64,000 bases of DNA, from sequence record OP114733. The stretch is one strand, 5' to 3'. The stretch is from Escherichia phage vB_EcoM-pEB20. The notes under the pieces are model-generated. The model ran no database searches and was not told the DNA's origin. It worked only from the letters and a program-made list of their open reading frames with translations. Both the position numbers and the translations under genes were made by a program. Below, one piece after another: positions 54,077-64,000 of this stretch (its first letter is position 1; each line of letters begins with the position of its first letter).

Positions 54077-57000
54077 CTAATTTAACCTGTGGTGGATTCA
54101 CGGGGTCTCTTGGATTTCCTACATTATCGATTAACCGTTGTTCAACCAAATCTCTAAATCTAGAGAATGTTGTTCCGGACGCATCAAATAATGGGCTCAT
54201 CAGTTTACGTCGTTCCGATGGAAGTTGACCTTGAAATATGGAGTTATTGTTTTCAGCGTTATAATCTTCAGGCAATGGATAATCTTGACCAGCCATAGGG
54301 CCTATTTCATATATCGCTTTACCTGTAATAGGATCAAACTCAACATTTCCTTGTGGGTCTAATTTAGCCACTCGGTCTGCATATTTAGTCGGTAATCCAG
54401 AATCCCACTTATAGTTTTTGTATTTATTAATAATGGTTTCAACATGTTTAAGTGTTAATCCGGTGTTAATAAACATTGTGAGAAGGGTAATTGCGATAAA
54501 TCCAAATCCAACCGGATGAACAAAACGTAATACGTCTGATTTCCAACGAGATGATGGAAGTTTAGATTTAATCTTCATTACGTAGTATGCTCTACCACGA
54601 TTTATGTAATCGATGTTGTTCTGAGAAAGCTCTTTACCTTTAATACCACGAACAATTTCACCTTCAAAACCAGGGAGTCTTTCAGCTTTAACTTCCTGTC
54701 CTTGGATTAAACGACCTAAGAGGTTGTGAATTGTTACAGTCCATTGTAATTTACCTTTAGAGTAACTTCTCTCGATATACGTTACATTACAACGTCCTGT
54801 AGCGGTGTATATGGTTTGTCCGACCAAATCTTCTGTCAACGAATCAGATTCAATGATGATATCATATTCGGTCCCGGAACTAGATTCAATTTCAATTTCA
54901 ACATCTTCGTTATAAAGCACTTTAAACAAGAATTTATATGACGCTTCGGTTCCTTTAGTTGAATAGAAGTCATAACTTCTTGATTCAAAGAAACGAGACA
55001 CTAAATCGCGTTTTTCGGCATTTAAGTAAATGTTTCGTTTATAAATCTCAGACCATAAATATTCCCACGCATGTTCTTCGCGCGGATATTGATTTTTAAT
55101 AAGATTTAAAAGGTTGTTATAATGGGTCCCATAACCGTCAGAAAGATACTGAATATAAGCCTCGCAGAATGCTTCAAAGTTTGTATTATCTAAAAGATAA
55201 GACTCCGGCATCATTGTAGTGAGCAATGGTCGTAAATCTGGGTCTGCAATACCGTCCTCTTCTACAGGAGTCCATGTGGTATCTTTTTCTTGGTTTTGTA
55301 ATGATGCTGTTAAGAATATATTAGTAGGCTTCCAAATTATAGAAACATTATCTCTAACACGATAACTAAAATCATAATAAGAAATAATCTCACCTGATGA
55401 TTTATAGAAAATCATGCCGGATGCATATTTTTTAAATCCGGTGAAATCTACGTTAGGCATCACTATTGTACAGTCACCGTCCTTCCAATATTCATGAACT
55501 TCACGGTCTGAAGAACTAAGTGGATGATTCTCAATAACCTTAGTGTAAAGTAAATCAGAATAAATTACAACGGCCTTGTCTGAGTTATTAATCCAACAAC
55601 GAGTACCAGACTTTCTAGAATAACTAAAGAATGGCTCAGCATAGTATTCCATTGGTTGGGGAGTGAACGATTCCCATTGAGAGTCTTCAGTTGAAATAAA
55701 TGCCATCATATGATAATGTTTATCAGCCAGCCATTCACGAGGATACTCATATTTAACAGCACCGATTAAACCGTACTTGACTTGTGTTTTTGGGTCGTCA
55801 ACAATATCTGATTCTAGAAATTTAAAATTACTAGATGAAATAGATAACTCAACACCATCAGTAGACATACTGGTGTACCCAGGTTCAATACGACGGCGTT
55901 CTTCTTCAGTATTACCAAACACACGTTTAAATGTGCCAGCATCATGGTCTAGAACGTAAACACCCTTATCAGCAGAATCAACAATAGGAGTGGTCCTCGG
56001 GTCGTCATTAAGATTAACAACTTCACCGATAATCAGTGCAAATATTTTACCACCGACAGAATCCATTTTATAGCAAACTGCCTTAGGGTTACCTGTGATG
56101 TTAAATGTTTCTTGTTCAAACAAACGTTCGGAATATGTCGGAGATAACGGGTCTGAATCAATAGGGGCATTACTAGTTTTAATAAAACGAACTTTATCTC
56201 GAGCAGCAACGTATACATAATCGTCATTGCAAACGATAGCTTCTGCAATACGTGATACGTTAGCAGGTAATGATGCGTAGTTACCAAATATTTCTACATC
56301 AAATCCTAAATTTAACTGGTCACCAATTTTAGCAAATGTTATATCTTGAGAACTAAATCTAACATCATCAGCAGACCAACGAACGTCAGTTGATTTACGG
56401 CCGTAAAATAATTTATCATACCCAAGAACATACGTGGTGTAATCTGTCTGGTAATACACTGTTCTTGATACAGGGTACCCTACACGGTCATTAAACAATT
56501 TAACCGATTTCCAGGTTTGTCCCTTATCATTAGAGACTTTAACCACAGGCTGATACCGTTCAAACAAATAAAGAATTCCTTCGGATTCCATCAAATAAAC
56601 ACGGTTTATATCATGACACACCTGTTGAATCGAACCTTGAATTTCATGATACTCGTTTTCGCCAATAATGAAATTTTTAATAGATGAAATATCCGCATAA
56701 GCAGGGCTAAATTGGAACGATTCATTCATTAGAGCTGCCATTATAGTGTCGTTATTAAAATCGACATAAGCCATGTTGTTATTTGTAAATTTTTCTCTAA
56801 TAAAAGTGTTAGCCAATTGCATTTCAATCATATGTTGAAATGTATACGCGTTAGTCTGAAATGATTCAAATATTTCGGTATATACCCAATCAGATCTCTC
56901 AAAGCCTTCAGCGGCAGTTGATACACGAATAATATAAGAAGTTAATGGGTCTAAACTATTTTCGAACCAGTTGCTATTAGGGGTATATCCTAAATTTATC

Positions 57001-57167
57001 CATCTGTAGCTGGCAGGGGGAATTATTCCCCCGTCTGCCGTTTTAGTCTCAGCGATTTCTACGAAATAGTAGAAATTAGCACCAACGTCATCCCAGCGTA
57101 TTTGAACTTGGTTAGCGGACAACTTGGATATTCTGAGACTTGTGACTGCTGGCGCTTTTACTGTCAT
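54069..57167 (-). CDS. 7: Baseplate wedge protein gp7
   Basis: 1032 aa, same length as T4 gp7. Confidence 0.92.
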   Translation of the reverse strand: MTVKAPAVTSLRISKLSANQVQIRWDDVGANFYYFVEIAETKTADGGIIPPASYRWINLGYTPNSNWFENSLDPLTSYIIRVSTAAEGFERSDWVYTEIFESFQTNAYTFQHMIEMQLANTFIREKFTNNNMAYVDFNNDTIMAALMNESFQFSPAYADISSIKNFIIGENEYHEIQGSIQQVCHDINRVYLMESEGILYLFERYQPVVKVSNDKGQTWKSVKLFNDRVGYPVSRTVYYQTDYTTYVLGYDKLFYGRKSTDVRWSADDVRFSSQDITFAKIGDQLNLGFDVEIFGNYASLPANVSRIAEAIVCNDDYVYVAARDKVRFIKTSNAPIDSDPLSPTYSERLFEQETFNITGNPKAVCYKMDSVGGKIFALIIGEVVNLNDDPRTTPIVDSADKGVYVLDHDAGTFKRVFGNTEEERRRIEPGYTSMSTDGVELSISSSNFKFLESDIVDDPKTQVKYGLIGAVKYEYPREWLADKHYHMMAFISTEDSQWESFTPQPMEYYAEPFFSYSRKSGTRCWINNSDKAVVIYSDLLYTKVIENHPLSSSDREVHEYWKDGDCTIVMPNVDFTGFKKYASGMIFYKSSGEIISYYDFSYRVRDNVSIIWKPTNIFLTASLQNQEKDTTWTPVEEDGIADPDLRPLLTTMMPESYLLDNTNFEAFCEAYIQYLSDGYGTHYNNLLNLIKNQYPREEHAWEYLWSEIYKRNIYLNAEKRDLVSRFFESRSYDFYSTKGTEASYKFLFKVLYNEDVEIEIESSSGTEYDIIIESDSLTEDLVGQTIYTATGRCNVTYIERSYSKGKLQWTVTIHNLLGRLIQGQEVKAERLPGFEGEIVRGIKGKELSQNNIDYINRGRAYYVMKIKSKLPSSRWKSDVLRFVHPVGFGFIAITLLTMFINTGLTLKHVETIINKYKNYKWDSGLPTKYADRVAKLDPQGNVEFDPITGKAIYEIGPMAGQDYPLPEDYNAENNNSIFQGQLPSERRKLMSPLFDASGTTFSRFRDLVEQRLIDNVGNPRDPVNPPQVKLDE

Positions 57168-59137
57168 TGTGAAATAGGCTCCAAATCTATAGTTAAGTAC
57201 TGAGGACGTAAGTCATTTTCGAATACGATTAACGAACCATCCTTTGTAAAAATAATATCATCTGCAGGGTCGGAATAAAGTTCAATTGTTTGAACTTCAA
57301 AACGGTCTGAAGTGAGGTCAATTTTAGCAATGTTCCAATAAATCGAATCGGCAGGATAATTCACTTCACCAATTGAATAGTATTTGTTTCGTCCGTCAGT
57401 AACAGTAAGTTTATTAAAATCATTACCTGTATAAGGTTGTATATTTTCGTTTTCAACAACATCGCCATCTGCAAATGGACCAATAATAACTTGACCTATG
57501 CCACGGTCATTACGGTCAGAAGATACTATGCGAACACCATATTTAATAGTTTCGTTTGCATTTTCTGGATTAGGTCTGTGCGAATCAAACGAGAATATAT
57601 TAGATTCCATCGATCTATCTTTAATCTGATTATTGTATTTAATACCGGCCTCAGGCGTTTTATAGAAGTTTTGTACTTCTCGAACCATTTGAATAGTAGC
57701 TGAAGAACCAATAATAGAAATATCTGCGTCATCGACATAAGTTAGCATTTTAGATTTTGCAAACGATGAGTTAAAAATTTCTACATCTTCAATATAATAA
57801 CGGTCAATTTTATTAATAATTTGCCCTTCAAGATATTGTTCTGATTCTTGGAGTTTATTCAACGCGTATGTAACTTTGATATTCATTTTGATAAACAAAT
57901 AATCAGGCGAAATAACAACAGGTGTAATAGTCCCTAAGTTATAATCATTCAAATAGTTTTTGATATCATCACGTTGGACAGAAGTCAAATACAATCCAGA
58001 TTTAGGCTTAGCAGCAATATATGCGTACCCGGGTTTAGATGAATCTGTGAATGTTTGAACTGCTTGAATAATAGAACCAAACCGCTCAGAGACGAATGTG
58101 TCATAGTCGGAAGCGGTTACACAACGTTGTTGAGTTTCGCGTTTAATTGTGCCTAATTCTCTAATACGTTCAATATCTTCAGGGTCTCCGCCACCATCGG
58201 CCCCAACAAAGTCTGGGTTATTGCTAGGGTTCTCATTAATATCGATTACCGTGATATTAGCTAATGTATCAGCATAAGAAAATCCTACAGCACCGTTAGC
58301 ATCTGCGCCATTAGTAGAAATATACTCAATTACGATTTTAGAACCCTGAACAGGTTTAAGGCCACCAATATAGTTAGATGTTAACGCACCTTCTGACGTG
58401 TTAATAGAGATTTCGCCTTCACCAAAATAAAATTCGGTGTTCCCATCAACTGTTTCACGCATATAATAGATTGTTGACGTAGAACCAGCGTGAACCATCG
58501 ACTTACGAGTCCAGTTAATCCATTCTGCTCCGTCAACATACAACTTAACCAAATTACGGTCAATATTCTTATCACGAATAATGATAGGTTTTAATCTATC
58601 AAATGTTAATTCAGTGCGAACAATACGTCCTTGAGCTAATCGAAGACGTGGAAAATATTGGTTATTTTTGTCTTTAACTACAATGACATCTTCAGTAGAA
58701 ACAAAGTTATATGGGTTAACAGAAGTATCTTTAGCGTATGCTAAGAAACGAGTGCCACGTGGAATGGTGATATAGTTTCTATTCAAAGCGTCAGTACACG
58801 TAAGCATGATTTCTGTTTGTGCAGCCGATTTGGATGCAGGCAGATATCCGTTATCTTGAGCCGCTTGTACAACAGAACTACGCAAGTTTGCAGTACGCAT
58901 AAAACTTTCATACACTGCACTATTACTAAACTGTTGGATGTAAAGAGTGTTATATGCTAAAAGGTCGCACAATACGTTTAAGCGTGAACCTTCAAAATCG
59001 TAATCAAGAAATTCATTCTGCCCGTTGAGCCATTCTATAATGTTCTGTTTGATTTCGGCAAATGTGCCCCCGATAAAAATCTCGGGAATAGCATTCGCTG
59101 TTCGGGTTAATTGATAATTTACAGGAGTGTTTGCCAT
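57164..59137 (-). CDS. 6: Baseplate wedge protein gp6
   Basis: 657 aa from internal ATG (MANTPVNYQLTRTANAIPEIF, matches recalled T4 gp6 start). Confidence 0.92.
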   Translation of the reverse strand: MANTPVNYQLTRTANAIPEIFIGGTFAEIKQNIIEWLNGQNEFLDYDFEGSRLNVLCDLLAYNTLYIQQFSNSAVYESFMRTANLRSSVVQAAQDNGYLPASKSAAQTEIMLTCTDALNRNYITIPRGTRFLAYAKDTSVNPYNFVSTEDVIVVKDKNNQYFPRLRLAQGRIVRTELTFDRLKPIIIRDKNIDRNLVKLYVDGAEWINWTRKSMVHAGSTSTIYYMRETVDGNTEFYFGEGEISINTSEGALTSNYIGGLKPVQGSKIVIEYISTNGADANGAVGFSYADTLANITVIDINENPSNNPDFVGADGGGDPEDIERIRELGTIKRETQQRCVTASDYDTFVSERFGSIIQAVQTFTDSSKPGYAYIAAKPKSGLYLTSVQRDDIKNYLNDYNLGTITPVVISPDYLFIKMNIKVTYALNKLQESEQYLEGQIINKIDRYYIEDVEIFNSSFAKSKMLTYVDDADISIIGSSATIQMVREVQNFYKTPEAGIKYNNQIKDRSMESNIFSFDSHRPNPENANETIKYGVRIVSSDRNDRGIGQVIIGPFADGDVVENENIQPYTGNDFNKLTVTDGRNKYYSIGEVNYPADSIYWNIAKIDLTSDRFEVQTIELYSDPADDIIFTKDGSLIVFENDLRPQYLTIDLEPISQ

Positions 59138-59145
59138 TTTAATTC

Positions 59146-59439
59146 CTATTTTATAAAGACTTTTGACGAGGCCTGAGAAACAGTATCCCCGCATGAAATT
59201 GGGTCAGCCATTTGAACGGCCTTTTTACCGGTGACGTATACTTTAGATGTACGAGGTTCAGTAACACCTCCATGAGTCTCGTATGGTTTTTTAATTTCTG
59301 TATGAGGTGTTATTTGGTCTCCTGCCACAAGAACAGGAATACCGCCGGTGAACACTTTAGATTGGGAAGCATTTATTACAGTAGGAGGCCATGCTTCATG
59401 ACCTGCTGTAACGCACTTGTCGTAACTTAAGCCAGACAT
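59146..59439 (-). CDS. 5.4: PAAR-repeat spike tip protein gp5.4
   Basis: 97 aa from internal ATG ([21 protein letters not shown]...), near-identical to recalled T4 gp5.4. Confidence 0.88.
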   Translation of the reverse strand: MSGLSYDKCVTAGHEAWPPTVINASQSKVFTGGIPVLVAGDQITPHTEIKKPYETHGGVTEPRTSKVYVTGKKAVQMADPISCGDTVSQASSKVFIK

Positions 59440-59441
59440 TT

Positions 59442-59957
59442 TCACGGCCTCACATAAACATAGTTTCGTAATTGATGAGCCCATTTGCTCCAATTTCCTA
59501 CTATAGTTTTTGTATAAACCTTAGTAAGAGTTTTTTGTACTGGAGCCGGTGGAGGTTCTGTACCAGAGTCACTTCTAGAACCGCCTGATGAATTTTCTTC
59601 TTGGTAGTTATAAATCATTTCAACCGTATAACTAAACACTTTACGAAGATTCTGAGGAGCTCTCCACAAATATAACTGTGTGGATTCATCTTTTGGTAAA
59701 TCATCCCATGAAGATGCGGTTTCAAAATCATCATTTAATCGGTATTTCAATGCATTTGAAGAAAAGCTAAACACACTTTCATATGTTCCATATAAACGAT
59801 TGCCATCTACCGTAATGCCTTGTGTCGGTTCATAATCTGTTATATTTATTGACACTAAAGTTTCGGTTGTTTCTAACTGTGGAGTAAAAAGGACGTCAAT
59901 AGACGCCCCTTCCATGTCTTCTCCTAAGTCGGTATTTAAAGGAAGTATTTGTGCCAT
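59442..59957 (-). CDS. 5.1: Hypothetical protein at gp5.1 position
   Basis: 171 aa ORF between genes 5 and 5.4. Confidence 0.55.
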   Translation of the reverse strand: MAQILPLNTDLGEDMEGASIDVLFTPQLETTETLVSINITDYEPTQGITVDGNRLYGTYESVFSFSSNALKYRLNDDFETASSWDDLPKDESTQLYLWRAPQNLRKVFSYTVEMIYNYQEENSSGGSRSDSGTEPPPAPVQKTLTKVYTKTIVGNWSKWAHQLRNYVYVRP

Positions 59958-59960
59958 ATA

Positions 59961-61694
59961 TTACCCAATATCAATACGAGATCCGTCAACGGTGTATTGT
60001 CCTGAAGCTACTGAGCTCATTGTAGACATTGTTTCCGCCCAATCCCCGGCAACAGTTATATCAACATTACCATTAACAGTCCATTTAACGTTTCCGTTGA
60101 CGGTGTAATCATGATTCCCTTCGACCTGAGTTTTAGCATCACCTTTAACAAGAATATCTGCATTTCCGTCAACAACTATTTTGATATTACCCTTAACGTA
60201 AAGAGTTCCATCGCCTTCAACAGTTTTAGATTGGTTACCACGAATAAAGATTGTGTCATTGCCGTCTATTTGATGGAGGCGGTCTGCCATGTTATAATAT
60301 ATTTCATTAGCACCAACGTTAACAAGCTTATCGCCAGAAATCAAAAAGTTCCCATCACCATTAGTGATGTCAAAAAGGTCTTCTACAGTTTTACGAGTAC
60401 GACGGCCGGATGGAGAAACTTCCTCATATGACCCTGTTGGATGAACTAAGCGATAACGTTCATTACCTGGAGTATCGTCAAATTCTTGGATATGACCACT
60501 TTCTGTTTCCATAGCATGAACGTATGGATACTCACCACGATAACTTGATTCTGGTTCTTTAAAAAGGATGCGTGAATCTAATGGAACAGGAGGACCAGCC
60601 GGGTCTTCCGGATCGGTATTTCTAGTAACTAAATCGGCACCAACTCCTGGTGAAGGCGGCGTTTTAACAGGGACACCGTATGATTCCATGTTACCGGTTA
60701 AAATAATTGTTGTTACACGTGAAGCGCGTCCTTTAGTCTGTTGGAACCATAATGAATCGCGTCCAGATTTGTATGCAGTTTTCCAATCGCCTGTGGCCAT
60801 TGCTTTAAGCATAGTATTGAATTTTGCTACGCCACCAACGCCCATTTGGAAGCACATGTTTTCTAATGCCATTTGGCGAGATCTGTTCATTTTAGCATAA
60901 ACAGGACCTACTTTAGAATTAGAACGAATGTCTTTCTGCATCTTAGCAAGGTCTTTCTCAAATAACGCTGTTGCTTCTTCTAATGTAATAGTTCCGGGAT
61001 TTCCTGTTACTTCACGCCCTACTTGATCGGATAACAATTTATTAATTCGAGACATATCTCGGGTCTTTTCCATTACGATAAGGTGTCCAATACCTACTGT
61101 AGGATACCCGAGATGGTCCCAATACACTTTATCACGAAGACCTTCGTCACGACGTAACATTTCTGTTATTGTAAAATTAGGGTCATCATCTTCTGGAATA
61201 TTTGCTAAATCTGTATCGTCTGGGTTTATACCATAATCCAAGTTGTTATCTTGAATTACGTTAGAGTTCGAATAATAACCAGCTTCACCACCTTGGTTTA
61301 ATACGTTCGTATCATTACCTAAACGTCGCGGATACTGGCCTGTCGGGTCTGAAAAACCTTCAAGTCTATTAGGCTTTTCACGTACGATTCCGCCGTATGT
61401 ACCAAGTACGATCCCGTTTGTTTTCCATTTGTCTAAGAAATGACCATATACTCGAGTTCCTTCAACAGGACCTGTAACAGAACCACCAATACCTGACATT
61501 GATGCAGACGTAATAGGTTGAATAACAGTCATCCATGGAAGTTTTTCAGTAGGAATACCCTGCACATCGCCTTGTACTCTCTGTGCGGGATGAAGACCAA
61601 CGACTCGAACTCGAACTCGCCCTTGTTTTAATGGGTCCATTCTGTCCTCGACAACACCCACGAACCAATTAAGGCTACTGCTAATCATTTCCAT
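59961..61694 (-). CDS. 5: Baseplate central spike / tail lysozyme gp5
   Basis: 577 aa; lysozyme domain plus C-terminal beta-helix repeats (VEGNHDYTVNGNVKWTVNGNVDITVAGD). Confidence 0.92.
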   Translation of the reverse strand: MEMISSSLNWFVGVVEDRMDPLKQGRVRVRVVGLHPAQRVQGDVQGIPTEKLPWMTVIQPITSASMSGIGGSVTGPVEGTRVYGHFLDKWKTNGIVLGTYGGIVREKPNRLEGFSDPTGQYPRRLGNDTNVLNQGGEAGYYSNSNVIQDNNLDYGINPDDTDLANIPEDDDPNFTITEMLRRDEGLRDKVYWDHLGYPTVGIGHLIVMEKTRDMSRINKLLSDQVGREVTGNPGTITLEEATALFEKDLAKMQKDIRSNSKVGPVYAKMNRSRQMALENMCFQMGVGGVAKFNTMLKAMATGDWKTAYKSGRDSLWFQQTKGRASRVTTIILTGNMESYGVPVKTPPSPGVGADLVTRNTDPEDPAGPPVPLDSRILFKEPESSYRGEYPYVHAMETESGHIQEFDDTPGNERYRLVHPTGSYEEVSPSGRRTRKTVEDLFDITNGDGNFLISGDKLVNVGANEIYYNMADRLHQIDGNDTIFIRGNQSKTVEGDGTLYVKGNIKIVVDGNADILVKGDAKTQVEGNHDYTVNGNVKWTVNGNVDITVAGDWAETMSTMSSVASGQYTVDGSRIDIG

Positions 61695-62269
61695 TATGCA
61701 ATCTCCATCTCACGAATCAAATCAGTAATAAACGAGTTTATATCTTCTTTTGCAACAATTTTTATTTTACGAAGTTTTTCGTTATCTAATACTGCCGCTT
61801 CATAAATATCTACTGCAGCTAAAGGTCCTTTATATTGTGGATACTTACGAGCTTCATCACCTTTATCGTACCACACTAAAGGCTCGTCAGGATATGAAAC
61901 CAAATTGTAAAATTTCTCACGGTTCTCATTAATATGGTAAAGAACTTGGTCGCCGCCTGCATTAGCATATTTCTGAATAGAAGCTTGATACGCTGCTTCC
62001 TGAGATGTAATCCAACCATAATACGGGTCGTAGTTATCGTTGCACATCAAAAGAACCCAGTATAATTGAGGGTTGCCATAAATGATATTCGCTAGTTCTT
62101 CAGGACGCGGAGAGCCTTTAATATAATAAGAACGTAATCTATAATTGGCAGCAACACGCTTAAAGTACTCTTTATAGTTACGAAATATGTCTGTCATAGG
62201 AATAGTAGGTGCATTCTTATCAACTGTTTTAGCACTATATCCTATTGGGTCGAAGAATGTAAATAACAA
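61694..62269 (-). CDS. 53: Baseplate wedge protein gp53 (predicted TTG start)
   Basis: 191 aa; MLFTFFDPI... matches recalled T4 gp53; first codon is TTG preceded by an AGGAG RBS. Confidence 0.85.
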   Translation of the reverse strand: MLFTFFDPIGYSAKTVDKNAPTIPMTDIFRNYKEYFKRVAANYRLRSYYIKGSPRPEELANIIYGNPQLYWVLLMCNDNYDPYYGWITSQEAAYQASIQKYANAGGDQVLYHINENREKFYNLVSYPDEPLVWYDKGDEARKYPQYKGPLAAVDIYEAAVLDNEKLRKIKIVAKEDINSFITDLIREMEIA

Positions 62270-62296
62270 GATAGTCTCCTTCCAATATGAAATTGG

Positions 62297-62304
62297 TATA
62301 AATA
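62297..62304 (+). promoter_or_regulatory. Late promoter TATAAATA for gene 4
   Basis: Exact 8-mer 27 nt upstream of the gene 4 ATG, GGAGGA RBS. Confidence 0.65.
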
Positions 62305-62312
62305 ATAATACT

Positions 62313-62320
62313 ATTTATAA
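62313..62320 (-). promoter_or_regulatory. Late promoter TATAAATA (minus strand) for gene 53
   Basis: Forward tatttata about 45 nt upstream of the gene 53 start; divergent from the gene 4 promoter. Confidence 0.55.
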
Positions 62321-62330
62321 GGAGGACAAC

Positions 62331-62780
62331 ATGGCCTACTCTGGTAAATGGGTCCCAAAAAATTTAAAAAAATACCGTGGAGACCATACCAAAATAACGT
62401 ATCGTTCAAACTGGGAAAAATTCTTTTTCGAATGGTTGGATAAAAATCCAGAAATTATTGCATGGGGTAGTGAAACAGCAGTAATTCCATATTTTTGTAA
62501 TGCTGAAGGTAAGAAACGTCGATACTATATGGACATATGGATGAAAGATGCATCAGGCCAAGAGTTCTTTGTAGAAATAAAACCAAAGAAAGAAACTCAG
62601 CCACCTATTAAACCGGTGAATCTTACAACTGCGGCTAAGAAACGTTATATGAATGAAATCTACACGTGGTCTGTGAACTGTGACAAATGGAAAGCTGCTT
62701 CTGCTGTTGCAGAAAAGAGAAATATAAAATTTCGAGTTCTTACCGAAGACGGACTTAGGAAACTCGGATACAAGGGGTAA
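62331..62780 (+). CDS. 4: Head completion protein gp4
   Basis: 150 aa from ATG at 62331; near-identical to recalled T4 gp4 ([51 protein letters not shown]). Confidence 0.92.
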   Translation: MAYSGKWVPKNLKKYRGDHTKITYRSNWEKFFFEWLDKNPEIIAWGSETAVIPYFCNAEGKKRRYYMDIWMKDASGQEFFVEIKPKKETQPPIKPVNLTTAAKKRYMNEIYTWSVNCDKWKAASAVAEKRNIKFRVLTEDGLRKLGYKG

Positions 62781-62782
62781 TT

Positions 62783-63604
62783 ATGAGCATATTCCAAATT
62801 ATATCTGAAGGCGTACAAGCCCCTAAGATTGCTCAGTCTATGAATGAAAGAAAATGGATTGAGATAGGATTAGAATACAAGAAAGCTAAAGAGAAAGGAA
62901 TCACTGCAAAAGCATTTGCAGAATCAAAAGGAATAAAATATTCATCGTTTACATCTGCAATGTCTAGATATGCCTCGTCTATTAAAACTGCCCAGAAAAT
63001 TGAAACGCTTGAATCTAAACCTAAAAATAAACTCAATAAGCAAGAACGTCAACTTCTGATGATAAACTCGTTTCGTAGTTCAATACGAGAAAAGATTAGA
63101 AACGAAGGCGCAGCAGTAAACAACAAATCATCTAAGTGGTTTGCTGAAACGATTAAGAAAAGTGTAAAAGGTCATAAAGTAGTCAAGCCTACACCAGGCA
63201 AAATTTATACTTACGTGTATGATGCTAAACATAAAGATACTCTGCCGTATTGGGACAGATATCCTTTGATTATTTATTTAGGATTAGGTAAACATAATTT
63301 GATGTATGGGTTAAACTTGCACTATATCCCACCTAAAGCACGTCAACAGTTTCTTGAAGAATTGCTGAAGCAATATGCTAGCACAACTACTATTACTAAT
63401 AACACAAAGTTGAAGATAGACTGGAGCAAGGTGAAAGGATTTCAAGGTGCTGATAAAATGATTAAAGCGTACCTGCCTGGTCATATTAAGGGAACAATAA
63501 CAGAAATCGCTCCTAAAGACTGGGCCAACATAATCATGTTACCTACTCAGCAGTTTATGTCAAAAGGAAAACGTTTCTCGGCGAATACTGTTTGGAAATC
63601 TTAA
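62783..63604 (+). CDS. 2: DNA end protector protein gp2
   Basis: 273 aa vs 274 in T4; position between genes 4 and 3. Confidence 0.75.
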   Translation: MSIFQIISEGVQAPKIAQSMNERKWIEIGLEYKKAKEKGITAKAFAESKGIKYSSFTSAMSRYASSIKTAQKIETLESKPKNKLNKQERQLLMINSFRSSIREKIRNEGAAVNNKSSKWFAETIKKSVKGHKVVKPTPGKIYTYVYDAKHKDTLPYWDRYPLIIYLGLGKHNLMYGLNLHYIPPKARQQFLEELLKQYASTTTITNNTKLKIDWSKVKGFQGADKMIKAYLPGHIKGTITEIAPKDWANIIMLPTQQFMSKGKRFSANTVWKS

Positions 63605-63696
63605 TTCTATTCTCTTCCGTTCTTCTGATATTCTGTTGAACCGGATTAATGGAAGAGACCTAAAACCATTATACTGCATTTTTATTAAAGCGTTTT

Positions 63697-64000
63697 TGAG
63701 GTGCTTATGACTCGTCCAACGAGACAGATTTTTAACCAAACAAATATAACAAACTTTGTTGTAGATATCCCAGATAGTACACGAACTTCAGGTTTTGTGC
63801 TCAATGCCCAAACGGCTCCACTACCTGGTGTGAGAATTCCTGTTGTTGAAACAGTGACCGGCACGATGGGGTTAGGACGTGCAATGCGTGCAGGCACCAC
63901 ATTTGAATATGACCCTTTTGTTGTACGATTTATAGTTGATGAAGACATGACGTCCTGGATGAACATGTATAAATGGATGCTCAGCACTAATAACTATATA
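63697..64000 (+). CDS. 3: Tail completion / tube terminator protein gp3, N-terminal fragment (3' end outside window)
   Basis: ATG at 63697 with GAGGTG RBS; open to window end; tail-tube-like motif; synteny after gene 2. Confidence 0.65.

Noticed and set aside
63685-63987. Minus-strand 100-aa ORF at the window end
   Set aside because: Antisense to the plus-strand gene 3 start, which has an RBS and the expected synteny after gene 2.

Overview
This window is a T4-like (Tevenvirinae-type) myovirus genome segment, in reverse-complement orientation relative to the conventional T4 map. Positions 1-18060 are an early/middle region on the + strand: nrdA (3' end), nrdB, denA, rnlA (gene 63), putative alc, a spanin pair, pseT, a block of small ORFs, an inserted DAHP synthase, cd, gene 31, rIII, further small ORFs, a NADAR/YbiA-like protein, a HAD-like hydrolase, DNA ligase (30) and alt. 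Positions 18093-62269 are mainly late structural genes, mostly on the - strand: baseplate hub and tape measure (54, 48, 29, 28, 27, 51, with 26 and 25 on +), uvsY/uvsW, inh, hoc, rnlB, head genes 24-20, tail tube and sheath (19, 18), terminase (17, 16), neck (15, 14, 13), fibritin, short tail fiber (12), baseplate wedge (11-6), gp5.4, gp5.1, gp5 and gp53, followed by genes 4, 2 and the start of 3 on +. Gene calls rest on my recollection of T4 protein sequences, synteny and ORF lengths; no database search was run. Regulatory signals are readable directly: T4-type early promoters (GTTTACA-N16/17-TAnnAT), MotA-box middle promoters, TATAAATA late promoters, and a family of GC-rich UUCG-tetraloop hairpins at gene 3' ends. 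No tRNA, CRISPR, intron or homing endonuclease was found. The most notable accessory content is a full-length class I DAHP synthase inserted upstream of cd, a NADAR-like/HAD-like pair upstream of ligase and Alt, a tandem array of paralogous early ORFs, a four-Ig-domain Hoc, and a small early-promoter-driven ORF between genes 23 and 24.
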